A stretch of 63,370 nucleotides of DNA, the filler included, from Kipferlia bialata (lineage: Eukaryota), in NCBI GenBank assembly GCA_003568945.1. It is 6 parts of 6 records of this genome, joined end to end, with 100 filler letters (N's around TTAATTAATTAA, not from the genome) between each part and the next. Parts side by side here need not be neighbours in the genome. Positions count along the whole stretch, not along the records: positions 21,194 to 31,672 come from BDIP01001415.1; positions 31,773 to 42,247 come from BDIP01001416.1; 4 more parts are not named here. One strand, written 5' to 3'. The notes under the pieces are model-generated. The model searched no databases. It worked only from the letters and a program-made list of their open reading frames with translations, and had not been told where the DNA came from. Position numbers and translations under genes: made by a program. Positions 27,501-40,707 of the stretch are shown one piece after another. Each line of letters begins with the position of its first letter. Position 1 is the first letter of the stretch.

Positions 27501-28932
27501 CATGTACAAGGCATAATAGTATAGCTACAAAACACACTTCATTCCATTCATACCTAGCACCTTCTGCATGAGGAAGTAGTACTCAGGACAGTGTCTTAAA
27601 TGTATGTACATTCATGTATCTAATATAATCACCGTGTATACGTAGTATATATACACACATAAATGTACCTAGCACCTTCTGCATGAGGAAGTAGTACACT
27701 GGGCTGGGGGTGTAGTCAACGACATTCACAATACACTGAGGGTAAGAAATAGTAGAATATCCACTATATCATGTAGTATAACATGTCCACAATGTAATGT
27801 ACAATTATAATTATGTAATATACAATTACACTCGTGAATATATATTGGGTGTAGTCAACCACATTCACAACGCACTGAGGGTGAGACATAGTGCAACGTT
27901 CAATATATATATAATACTAGACTAATGAATTTTGAATATTCGAGTATTGATACCTCGTATGTGTTATCCGAACTTGACACCACTGAGATATGTCCCATAC
28001 ATTATGTACTAATAGCATACTAATAATGAATGTGGAATCTTCGACTATATTGTAAATATATGCACATATGTATGAATACATAAATACCTCGTATGTGCTA
28101 TCCGAACTTGACACCACTGAGACATCCTTGCTGACCACATTGGCAACGATACTGAAGGGTCAGACATATATAGCCATATATTGTATATAGATAGATTTAG
28201 ATTTAGATAGATTTAGACATAGATAGATAATGTAATAACATACAGAGAGACAGAGAAGGAGGGGGAGAGAGAAAGTTACTGGAGAGACAGAGAAGGAGCG
28301 GGAGAGACAGAGAGAGAGAGGCGAGAGATAACCAACATCTATCCATGGAGGTGGTATAGAAGGGGGAAGAGAGGGTGAGGGAGGGGGGGGGGGGTTAGAT
28401 GGAGATACGGGGAGAAAGGTGTGTGTGTGTGTGAGATGGAGACACGGGGAGAGAGAGTGAGGGGGGGTGAGATGGAGATACGGGGAGAGAGAGAGAGAGA
28501 GAGGGTGAGATGGAGATGCGGGGAGAGAGGTGTGTGTGTGTGTAAGAAAGAGAGGTACCTTTCCTTTAGGTGCAAGGTGCATAGATGAAGAGAGATATGG
28601 AGACAGAGAGAGAGAGAGATTTACCTTTCCTCTGAGATCAAGTCGTTGAGGTCATGGTATCTGGCCGAAAACTGGAGTAAGAGAGATAGGATAGGGAGGG
28701 CGACTACTGGTCATAGAGATGAATGTATGAACGTCTCCTCGAGCATATCCCTAGTGCTTGAACCTATATGTCCATGCATCAATAAATATGTACACTACAT
28801 GCCTGTACCATCTGTATACGTATATACATATGGATATACTGTACCTGTATCATCTGGATGCCATACACCAGTGAGCACCAGAAGGCATAGAAGAGCACAG
28901 TCCCGAGGCAGCTGCCCTTGTTCTTGTTGGCC

Positions 28933-28934
<2 letters not shown>
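24584..28934 (-). CDS. Uncharacterised two-transmembrane protein with Cys-containing luminal loop and low-complexity Pro/Tyr-rich tail
   Basis: ATG at 28934 (MANKNKGSCLGTVLFYAFWCSLVYGIQMIQ, TM1); loop ...CIVNVVDY...AEEFCNEFQAGQSVVVYT...CDTSYDNGPC; TM2 VLHFICGWTLCLSFPVTITCLIVYP; tail ends DQADSAFHY with TAG at 24584-24586. About 11 exons with consistent phases. Confidence 0.75.
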
Positions 28935-28975
<41 letters not shown>

Positions 28976-29100
28976 GTTCCCTGCCTCTCTCTCTCTCCGC
29001 CTTAACTCACTGAAAGCAAGGGTTACTCAGTACCCTTCTAGCACAGTAGATCTATGGCCTATATATAGACTGCCAATCAGTGTCCAATCAAGAAGAAATT

Positions 29101-29143
29101 CGGTATGGAGGGGACTCGAACCCGAGACTTCGTGACTCTGAAG
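29101..29143 (-). pseudogene. tRNA-like 3'-half fragment (B-box/T-arm)
   Basis: Minus strand reads CTTCAGA GTCAC GAAGTCTCGGG TTCGAGT CCCCT CCATACCG followed by a T-rich run. The T-loop is clear, but no matching 5' half (D-arm, 5' acceptor GGTATGG) is found nearby. Confidence 0.35.
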
Positions 29144-29381
29144 CTGATACATCATCTCACATATAGATCTAGGGTCTCATATGAAGATTTTCATTTCTAG
29201 TTTGCTCCAGCCTTCGACATTCCCTTTACAAGCTTCACGTGTTCAAGCGTACAATCGCATTAGGTAACACACTGACACTTCTTCTCCATATTCATAACAT
29301 CTGATTCATAAGAAATCTATTGCTTCACATAGGGTCCAATCGCGACGATTGATTCAAGGATTGATTCAATGATTGATTCTG

Positions 29382-31579
29382 TCACCGCTTACACACTGCA
29401 TAGTCCTGGTTGTTGTATTCATAGGCCATGTGGACATTCTGGAGTCAGATGCATAAGAGTTCAAACACTCCAACAAGCAACCAGAAACATATACAGATGA
29501 ACACAAGAAATATCTGCAAATCGGTTCGAATTAGTAAATACAAAAATGTGCACGAAGAAATATAGCGGAAAAGTGCATGTATAGTCGTGTACCTTATTGT
29601 TTTTCTCCCCTGCCCAACATGCGAATCTGTCAACATGTTCTCCCACATAACCCCTTACAACAGAGCTGCCATCGAAGAAGTCTCGAAGGTCATCAACAAT
29701 CTGTGTTTAGAGGGGGATAAACATACAATACTTATACATATATATATGTATATATATATATATACTCTGTCAAAGAAGTCTCGAAGGTCATCAATAGTCT
29801 GAGAATAGAGGGGGAGAAACAGAGAACATCGCATATATCAAAGAGAATAGAAGAATTGATAGGAAACATACATGATAGTTGTCTGCCACAAAGGACAGGT
29901 GCAGTATGACTCCATCAAGTGCAAATGGACATAGAATATACCATGGATACCAGTATATATAACTACAATGTCTCGAATACATCAATAACTTACATGATAG
30001 TTGTCTGCCACAAAGGACAGGTGCAGTATGATGGTGTCAAGTGCAAATGGACCATCTCCGTCTACTGTCTGGTTGATCAACCAGCGCATGTCCTAGGGTA
30101 AATATGTATACTATTACATGTGTAACCAGAGAGATACAGCAGAGTACTAGGTTGGTTGATCAGTCTTTGCATGTTTCAAAGAAGACTCAAGATGATTCAA
30201 GAGTACCAGCCTCAAAAGACATGTAAAGATCTTCCCTTCTCACCTCCCCTTCTACAACTACCCCATTGAACATGAGTTCCTTATTAGTATACCTACACCT
30301 AATATATTCATTATACACTATTCAAAGTATAAACATAGGATGTGTATAACTAAGCATATCTACCCTTACCTCCCCTTCTAGTATGACGCCATTGAACATC
30401 AGTTCCTCCACTCCAGCTGTGTCCGATAGGGTCTGATATGAGAGAATATATAGATATAGAGGAACTGCAGTTCAAATAGTAGATAGATGGAACTACTCAC
30501 CAGAAGTCCGAATAGTTCATCCATCGGAATCACTGGTTTGCAGTAGTCACCTGAGGTCAGAGATGTAATATACTCTATAAGAATACGCAATCAGTGTGTG
30601 TCTCTTGCAGTAGTCACCTGAGTTAACGGAGGTAGGTAATACTAACACAGATATTCAAGAACAGAGCCATATGATACGTTATACCCTCTCACCCCCTCGC
30701 CAGTATTATGATGTCTAGGGTACTATGTAATGTACTCGTACCATACATATATGTGGTATTGTTAGACGTACCCACTATGGCCAGTCTTGTGATGTCTAGT
30801 GTGTCAAACAGAGTGTGCAGGAGCAATGGAAGTGTCCTTGTGTTACACTCTATATCATGTATATATACTACTTCTAGAGATATATCGATAAGACTGGTGT
30901 GTCAAACAGAGTGTGCAGGAGCAAGGGGAGGGTCCTAGGGGTGAGGAAAATTCTTCTCGGAGATATGTTGTAAATAGAGGACAGAATACTTGATTGTCTA
31001 TATATATACTGTATCTATATTTCGGAGACACATACTATTCACAAATGTATCCATATAATTATGATACCTAATCTCTTCGTCTGATGTCCTATCTCCCTCC
31101 CCATAGTGGGCAGTGCGGTTACTGATGGGACTGAGGTTGAGCAGGACATTGGTAGCACCGTTATAGTCACCGGCCTGAGGTCAGTGGGAAGGGTACAACA
31201 TATATATTCTCAATAATTATATTATCAAATGAAGTTTGTCAGACGATGCTGGCACCATTGTAGTCAGCTGCCAAAGGTGAGAGGGTAACCCTATTATCAA
31301 CACTTGATACATACTACATCTATATACAGAGGGATGAATATATGAATATATGTATATATATGTATATACATGCATACATATGTATATATCCCATACCCCA
31401 TATATCTGCATAGTACATAGCGTATGTGTGGGAGGAGGACAGATACAGTAATCACAACCACACACACACACATATATATAAGGAGTAATATACGTATATA
31501 TACACATACTACTTACCACTATCTCTGCGTAGTACATGGTGGATGTGTGGGCGGGGGTCAGATGGATAACAAGGTCAGG
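29382..31579 (-). CDS. Hypothetical protein, multi-exon, 5' partial
   Basis: Eight phase-consistent exons: PDLVIHLTPAHTSTMYYAEIV / AGDYNGATNVLLNL... / TLPLLLHTLFDTLDITRLAIVGDYCKP... / ...IILHLSFVADNYH / IVDDLRDFF... / NVHMAYEYNNQDYAVCKR*; stop at 29382-29384. No family recognised with confidence. Confidence 0.7.
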
Positions 31580-31672
31580 CTGGGTTAGTATTGTAGATAA
31601 TACATTGTAATAGACATTTGTAAATGAAAGGGGGGGGGGGGGGGGGGGGGCCCCCGGGGGGAAAGGGGAAAA

Positions 31673-31772
31673 NNNNNNNNNNNNNNNNNNNNNNNNNNNN
31701 NNNNNNNNNNNNNNNNTTAATTAATTAANNNNNNNNNNNNNNNNNNNNNNNNNNNNNNNNNNNNNNNNNNNN
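31673..31772. other. Artificial scaffold spacer
   Basis: N44-TTAATTAATTAA-N44. Confidence 0.98.
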
Positions 31773-32166
31773 AGTCCTCCTCCCCCCCCCCCCCCTTCCC
31801 CCCCCCCCCCCCCCCCCCCACCCCCCTCCCTCCCCGTCTTCATTAACACTCACCTACCTCTCTCTTGTGTTGTATGAATATGCAGCATCGTGTATCATAC
31901 CGTATCGGCGGTGGGTTGTGTGGACTGTTGTTCCATTCTCTCTCTCACTATGTATACTAGTAGCAATCTCTCCCTGGTCTCTCTTCCTCCACCACCCTCT
32001 CTCTATACACTTATCTGCCTAGTCTGCATCTCATCCCCAAAGTCTCTGAGCGTCCACTTCCTCTCTCTCTCTGGTTACTCTCCCTCTATGTCACATATAT
32101 AAAACCCCTTAGGTCTCTGACCGTATGTATTATCTCTCTCTCTCCCTCTTCTCTCTTATCCCCTAG

Positions 32167-32293
32167 GTCTCTGAGCGTCTGCTCCTGCTGTTGCTGAGGA
32201 AGAACTTCAGCAGCAGAGAGTCGTCCAGACTCACAGACAATGAGCTGGAACTCTTAGGTATGTTTCTCTATAAGCTAATGTACCTATGTGTAT

Positions 32294-32326
<33 letters not shown>

Positions 32327-34404
32327 AACTCATAGGTGTACTGATCCTATTCAATACTATAACTGAAATTATTTGATATACTCTCTCTGAAAGAGATAGT
32401 ATGTGCCTGACTCCAGTGTCTGTGCGTGAGAGTCTAGGGGAGACCACCTTCCAGCAGTACGAGGACAAGGCAAGGTATATATATTGCGAATAATATATGT
32501 AAATATATATATATGTATGTGTGTGTGTGTGTGCAATACACCTTCCAGCAGTACGGGGAAGGCAAGGTATACATGTAGAGTATGTATGGGTATATACGTG
32601 GTCTACTCTTAATCTGTATAGATATATTAATTCATATGATACCATCCAGCAGTACGAGGACAAGGCCAGGTATCTTAACTTGGAGTATACTATGTATATA
32701 TATACATTGGGATTACCCGTACACTCTCTCACCCTCCCAGGACCATGCGTGCTGACCTCCGTCCCCTTGACAAGAAGGTACTCTCTCTCTCTCTCTCTCT
32801 CTGCCATTACTACAGAGATACGGGGAATGAGTGTCCCCCCCCCCCCAATCCTTCACTATCTTGCAGTATGTTTCACCTTATTCACTGTCTTTGTACTTAT
32901 GCTGTATGCGTATGTGTTTCTGACTCCAGGTCCGCAAGCGCTATGAGAGACAGGAGGCCGAGGAGTGTAGGTTGGTGTATGTGTGTGTATATATGTAGTC
33001 TTTCACTGATTGTATATATATCTAATTGTACATGGTTTCTGACCCTCAGCGGTGAGCTTGAGCGTGTCCTGCGTATCCTGGAGGAGTCCAAGAGGGGAGA
33101 TGAGAGCAGGGAGAGTGAGAGGGGAAGCGACTCCCCACCTGAGAGAGAGGCACCTGTAGTGGATGAGGAGATGGAGAGAGAGAGAGAGAGAGAGAGACTC
33201 ATGGAGGAGGAGGAGTTCCACTTTGCACCACCCAGGGTATCATCCATCGCTAGGTATGTGTAGAAGTATGTATATGTATAGTGTATACTATATACTATAT
33301 ACTATATACTGTATACTATATTCTATATACCACCCAGGGTGTCATCCATCGCTAGGTGTGTGTATGAGTATGTAGGGACTGAGAGTCTGTTTATAATGTC
33401 TTTTCAATATCTATGTTGCCCTTAGCCTAATCTCATTCACAGGTCTGACGAGCCCGATGCTGCACAGTGTTAATTAACTCAATAGTACTTTCATAAGTTC
33501 ACTTTTATATAACGTCAGTATATAGTATCTCTTATCCTCTCAGGTATGTGTATATATACTACTTGTTTATAGTTTATGTATATCTATATATCTTATCCCC
33601 CAGGTCTGACGAGCCCGATGCTGCAGAGCGTCTGCAGAGAGAGAGAGACGTAGCCATAGAGAGAGAGGTGGCAGCCATCAGGTGGGGGTTGCATGTAATG
33701 ATTGATAACTGGGGTGAAATCATACCATGGGTATAGACAGGGAGAGAGAGAGAGAGATAGGTGGCAGCCATCAGGTGGTATATATATATACATTGTGGTA
33801 ATATTGTTAAGTTATGTTAAGTATCACTATATATGCAATAACTGACCTCAGGGAGAATACCGGAGTCGAGGTCGAAACAGAGATAGAGAAGGAGAGGGAG
33901 AGAGAGGAGGCCTGGGCGATGGAGGCCCAGATTGAGAGGGAGAGAGAGGCAGAGATGGAGAGGAAGAGGGAGAGAGAGAGAGAGGCTGCCGAGCAGAGGG
34001 TGTCAAATGGCGGTGTCACTGAGAACGTCATTGTCTACAACGACAGGCCCCAGGATGGTGAGTCATAGTCATTATTGTCATACTGTCTGATATCCTCCTA
34101 TATATATACTCATTCACTATACTCACCCTAGGCTCCCTCCCCTCTGTCACCCCCTCCACTCCCGTACATTATGAAAAGTACTTTCATACATCTTATCCCT
34201 TCTGATATCAGGCTCCCTCCCCTCCGTCACCCCCTCCCAGCTCAGGTCTGACACACTGGCAGTGTACGTGCCAGAGGGGTATGCTGATGCAAAGGTATTG
34301 GTACTGTAGATATATACTATTGATACAATTAGGTATCTCCTATATATCTGCAGAGTCACTCCCAGGCGCTTGTCACCGTCAGCGTATTCATTATATATAC
34401 ATTA

Positions 34405-34438
<34 letters not shown>

Positions 34439-37400
34439 TGTACTTATACCCAGTCCCTAGTCACATCCAACCCCCCCTTGGCCTGTGAGATGCTGGTATC
34501 CTATAGCCAGGAGTGCACAGACCTCAAGAAGAGGGTGCACTACTTGGAGGCACTGCTAACTGAGGAGGTATAGTGTAGATACATGTATATATATATATAA
34601 GAGTATATATATATACAGCCAGGAGTGCACAGACCTCAAGAGGAGGGTGCATTACTTGGAGGCATTACTAACTGAGGAGGTAATACTTTTTGATCAATAA
34701 CATCTGACTACAGGATATTCAGTCATTCATTAAACTCCCTACACCCCACGTCCCCACCTGTGTGTCAGACACTCATATTTATACATTTGTATTTATAACA
34801 TTATTCATGTATTTAGAGTTGTGTATAACATATCCATGACCCCAGGTCCCCACCCTGTGTGCCAGACACGAGACAGAGACACACCGGATGAGGCAGGTAT
34901 GGAACAATATTGTATATACATATATATATATATATATTGTATATATATATATGTCTACATGCCAGTATATGAGACACAGTATATATGGATATACTCTATA
35001 CTAGATATATTCTCTCTGGATATACATGTACATGTACATATATACATACATGTAGAAACACACAGGATGAGGCAGGTGTGGAACAATTATTATTAGTTAT
35101 ATATATATATATATATACATATTAAGAGAGAGAGAGACAGAGATAGAGACACACAGGATGAGGCAGGTATGAGATATATGTATGTAGTATAGTGTGGATC
35201 GTTGTATAAAAACCTACAGTTATATACTAGTGCCTTGCTAAAATACCTGACCTCTGGACAAGGATGCCTTTCATATCAGTTGATATATATATCAGTATAT
35301 GCATCTGTATATATATATACTAAATATCAGTACATACACTTTCCCCCAGGACTACGATGCCCTGATATATGTTAATGTACATCTATATATCAATATGTGT
35401 AAGTATATATGCACACACACATATATATAAACATATGTATATATGTGTGTCTATAGTGTATATACCTGACCCCCAGGACTACGATGCCCTGATATATGTA
35501 AGTATATATATATATATATATATGTATACATGAATATGTATATATCTGATATATATAGAGGTGTATATACCTGACCCCCAGGACTACGATGCCCTGGAGG
35601 CACAGCTGGACGAGGCTCGCATACAGGTATATCAGCGTATCTCCATTTCTCTGCCATATTCCTTCTACAAATACCTTCTCTAACCACTACTGGTATAATT
35701 ATTTGATACCTTATACATAGAACGCTTCCTCCCACCAGAGGCCAGACATTGATATATATGAACTACTTCGTATGAAGAAAATCTTTTGGATCATCAGACC
35801 AGCTATAAATATATCTCTATGTTCTATTATTCTTCATTTACTGATACTAATAAATGACTATTTCCTTACACCCAGAACGCTTCCTCGCACCAGCGGCTTG
35901 TGGATGAGACCGAAATGCTGAGGAGACAGCTGGAGGGGAGGGTGGCTGAGGTATTGTATTTCGTTAGGCTCTGTTTCATTCTCACCCCAGGACTCGTGTA
36001 AGTATGTTTATCTATTGGTTGTGTTTCTCTAACCCCCAGGGTGTAGGCATCCACTCTGGGGCTGCAGCTGTGATGCTGGAGGCAGAGAGAGCCAGGGCAC
36101 ACTCAGAGGGTATGTATTCGTCTATATATATGTGTCAGTATATACATGTCATTATATACATGTATAGTATACCAGGTATACATAGAAGAACATAGTATGA
36201 TACTCAACCCCAGACACTGCCGAGAGGGCAGACCTGGCATATATATATATATATATATATATATAAGTACATACTATATATACATATAAATGACTATTTA
36301 TATTTGTGTACTACGTTTGTACGTTTGGTATACTATATCCTTACTCATATATCACCCCAGGCTCCGCTGAGAGAGCAGACCTAGCACGGGCTGAGCAGAG
36401 GCTGGAGCAGGTGTGTCTTTTAGAGAGTTGTAGTATTCTACTCTCTCTAACATACTTGAACAAGGTCACATTATTGAGCATTCTACAATATATATATATA
36501 TATATTATAGTTCTGCATGTTATCTAACATCAGCTGTCCCATGAGCTCCAGGCCAATCGGTCTTCCTCTTGTCATATTGTTGAGCATACTCTATATACTA
36601 TAGATATATATGATCATATATATGTATAGATATGTCAATATACATATAACACCTAGCTGTCCCACGAGCTCCAGGCCAGCCGGTCTGTACAGAGGCAGTT
36701 GGCAGAGGCCGAGGAGCACATCACGGTGCTGCAGGGTTAGTGTTTCTTATGAATACATCCTATACACATGGATTTATATGTATATACATATGTATGTTGT
36801 ATCTATACAGAGACAGCTGGCAGAGGCCGAGGAGCACATCAAAGTGCTACAGGGTACTTAAGGTTTTGTACACGGATGGGTATCTCTATTCCATCGTATG
36901 TATACTGAGTAACATGTGTGTACTGAGTAACATGTGTATACAGAGCGTGTGTGCAGAGAGATACTGATGCCAGGTGACCTCTCTGACTCCCAGAGGCGGG
37001 AGAGAGAGATGACATCCGCCCTGAACAGTCTGGCAGAGGTGGGGTGGATATATATGGATGTATACATATTATACTATATATTATACTGGGAGAGGTGGGA
37101 GGCATATATATGTATATCTGAGTACGGTGCAGAAGAGCTCTCTCACCCCTCAGGTCCTTGCAAATAATGATCCTGAATCCTCTGCGTCTCTCTCTCTCTC
37201 TCATCCCCACACTCACCCATTAGGTCCTTGTGACTGATCAGGCTGACCCCTCTGCCTCTCTGCTAGGCACAGCCAAGGCCATGGTGCACAGGCACAGGGA
37301 GACAGAGGTGCGTATATTTATAGTCATATACGGATGGTGGTATGTACGTATATTTTTACATATAACACTTGGTCAACGGTGCACAGAGGGACAGAGGTGG

Positions 37401-37641
37401 GATTGTCTTTTCTGTTTTGCTCTGTATTAGTGTGTTTTCCCTGATGTCCAAAGCAATTACTCTCCCTCCTCCGATTCAGTGTCTCAACGATTGTCGATTC
37501 TCACCCTCTCATTCTCATACATATATGTGTATGTCCTCCTATACGCACATGTATATATACCCTAATATCCAGGCCAAGCTGCACCGTAGCACTGCTGCCC
37601 TGGGGTACCTCTCACAGCAGTGCCAGGACATTAGGTGTGTA

Positions 37642-37686
<45 letters not shown>

Positions 37687-40666
37687 ATGTGCGTATATAG
37701 TACATTGTGTCCCAACAGTGCCAGGACATAAGGTTGGGACTTAGTATGCCATTACATAAATACCATTGTAGTATCATTATGATAAATATTCACATTGTCT
37801 CACCCCAGGGCCGACACCCTTGAGCTGAGGGCTGCCTTTGAGGCAGAGCTCGCAGACACTAGGTATGTATAGATATGTGTTCTGTATTCATCTATGTGAA
37901 TTGTACACTAGTTGAGTATATATGTCTTTGAGTCAGAGCTGGCAGATACGAGTATAATACTAGTATAGTATATATACTGGTATAGTATAGTGTATTGTAT
38001 TGTAAAGTATATCGTATAGTATAGTATATAGGTAGTGTTGATATATATACATATAGCCGCCTTTGAGGCAGAGCTGGCAGACACGAGGTATATTGTACAT
38101 ACTTACTCTTTATATTGTATATACTTACTCTACTATATACGCTAAAGAGTGTGGTGTACATGCTGTATTACTCTATGAACTGTCTAGAATACCGGGATAC
38201 GTCTCTATAAGGACTCACTTAGGCTCTCCCTAGCTGAGGCCACCACCTGTAAATTAATTCAGTGTATATTTTCTTATATATATATCTCCTGAATAGTAGA
38301 ATATATATAGAATACCTAATTCACAGGCTGTCCCTAGCCGAGGCCACCACCCAGATATATATATGCAGTATATATGTATATTTTCTATACAATATATGTA
38401 TATAATGCCTAATTCCAAGGCTCTCCCTTGCCGAGGCCACCACCCAGATATCTGTGGCATGGGCAGCACAGAGGAGCAGGAGCAGCAAGGTGCCATAACA
38501 TGCACTCCCTATATAGTATATACCATGGATGAACTAACCCCCATGTGTCGAGTCCTCTCTACTGTCTATTATAAAGATACGTTCTAACCCCAGGTGTCCT
38601 CTGCCCTGTCCAAGGCAGTGCACCACACATCGGCACTGCACTCAGGGTGTGTACTGTATATATAGATGACTAAGTGTATAGTATGACACATAATACATTC
38701 CAATTAGTATCATTATCAGTATCATAACATACCTATTAGATGCTGTTCTTATCTCACCCCAGCGATGCCTCTGCCCGTGCCTCTCTAGAGCACCTGGAGA
38801 CACCCACTAGGTATGAATTAGTATGTATATTTGTATTATTGTGTATTTTATTAATGTATCAAGACAGATATTAGTATAGACACGCCAGGTATATGCATGC
38901 ATTTGTATATTGATATATTTGTCAGTGTTTCTATGTACATATATGCTATATTAAACATGTCCTATTCCGTTTCCCCTTACTCTAAGTCCTATATTCATCT
39001 ACTTATCCTCAGGGGCTCCGTGTCTGTCGTTGGTCTGTGCCGGGGCAAAATCGAGGAGTCAGGTATAGTGTATATATAGTATATAGTAATATATAGATAA
39101 TAATGTGTATAATATATATATGTATATATATTGCACATCATGATTTGTAGGGGCAACACTGAGGAGTCAGGTATGCATGTAAATCCGTCAAGACTGTACA
39201 TCCAGCCCCATAATATTACTCTATACTCGTATCAGAATGTCAATATGTATTGATAGGTATATATCTCACTCCCAGGTGTCATGATTGACTCTGAGCGTGA
39301 CGTTGTCTTTAGAAGCAGAGACAAGGAGACAAGGAGGTATGGTATAATGAGATAGAAAATGAGATAGATACTATCATGTGGTGTGAGAGAGTACACATCA
39401 CTCTATTTCATCTCACATCCAGATACACCATGGACTGTGCCCTGCCCACCCCAACTAGCCCAGACCAGACAGCCAGACTTAGTGAGTGGTACTAGCAATA
39501 GGAGTCCTCCACCCCCCCTCTCTATATCTCTTCATATTAACATGTATACCTGTAATACCTCACACTCAGTGGAGGAACTGGCAGACTCCGTGCCCTCTGT
39601 GCTGGAGGGCAACGACGTGTGCATATTCTCATACGGACCCAGGTACTCAAGTAGTACCGAGACACTAGTCTCTTTGAGTATCTCCAGTTACTCAATAATA
39701 TTTGTCGTAATTGACCTTCCATACAATCATATTCAAATATTCATATTCAGCAGGATTACTCTTCTATACTTCTAGTTACTCTTATAATGGTATCCTCACC
39801 CTCAGGGCTTCTGGCAAGGCCGCCACCGTGCTTGGCTCCACCTCTGGTGCCTTTGAGGGACTCTTCGCAGAGGTCGGGAGGGAGGTATGGATCGCTATTC
39901 ATGCACTGGTATTGACTCGTGTTTTTAAATCCTTTTCTTACCTCATTATACTCTCACCCCCTAGATCCTGTCTGCCTGTTCCGACATGGACCCGGACACC
40001 AGACCGGCCATGCACGTGTCGGTCTACAGGTGTGTATGTCACATTTGCTTCCGTATACGTATATGATGTTGTTCATTTTCCTCTCTATATATACACACTC
40101 ATACACTCACCCCAGGGTCCATGGTGATAAGGCAGAGGATGTCCCACACCCATACTGTCTATATATATATATATACAACAGTTATATCTGCGACAGATAT
40201 ACTCTATATACCTATGTACTGACCCCAGGGTCCATGGCGATAAGGCAGAGGATGCCTTAAAGCCTAGTGGGGGACCCTTCTCAGTCAAGATGGACGCACA
40301 GACCCAGGTATCATGCTCTATATGTACGGCTATTATTCTCTCTTTCTCTCGTGTATTACGAACTCTACGGTTTCTAATCCAATAGCGCATGTACCCTTTA
40401 CATATAGATCCACCTACTATCTCGTTAATCTCTAACCCACAGCGCATGTACCTATCTGGTGCCACCAAGGTAGCTGTGACCTCGGCAGATGACCTCTCTA
40501 GACTGCACACATACCTCATGAGTGCACTGGGACCTACGGACTTGGCTACTACAAGGTATATATATATCTATATACTTGAATAACTATGGATGTGTGTGTA
40601 GCCCTGGTGCCTATATCTATATACATACCTCATGAGTGCACTGGGACCAACGGACCTTGCAACAAC

Positions 40667-40707
<41 letters not shown>

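Noticed and set aside
29347..29380. GATTGATTCAA(G/T) 12-bp tandem repeat just after a stop codon
   Set aside because: Short ordinary minisatellite with no evidence of function.
30770..30850. Resemblance of TLPLLLHTLFDTLDITRLAIVGDYC to the FkbM methyltransferase C-terminal motif
   Set aside because: The key KIDxEG signature is absent; similarity is too weak to name the family.
40604..40625. Echoes seeming to retain both exon start (CTGGTGCC) and exon end with the core replaced
   Set aside because: Only an 8-nt match, propagated by tandem duplication of the unit; could be chance.
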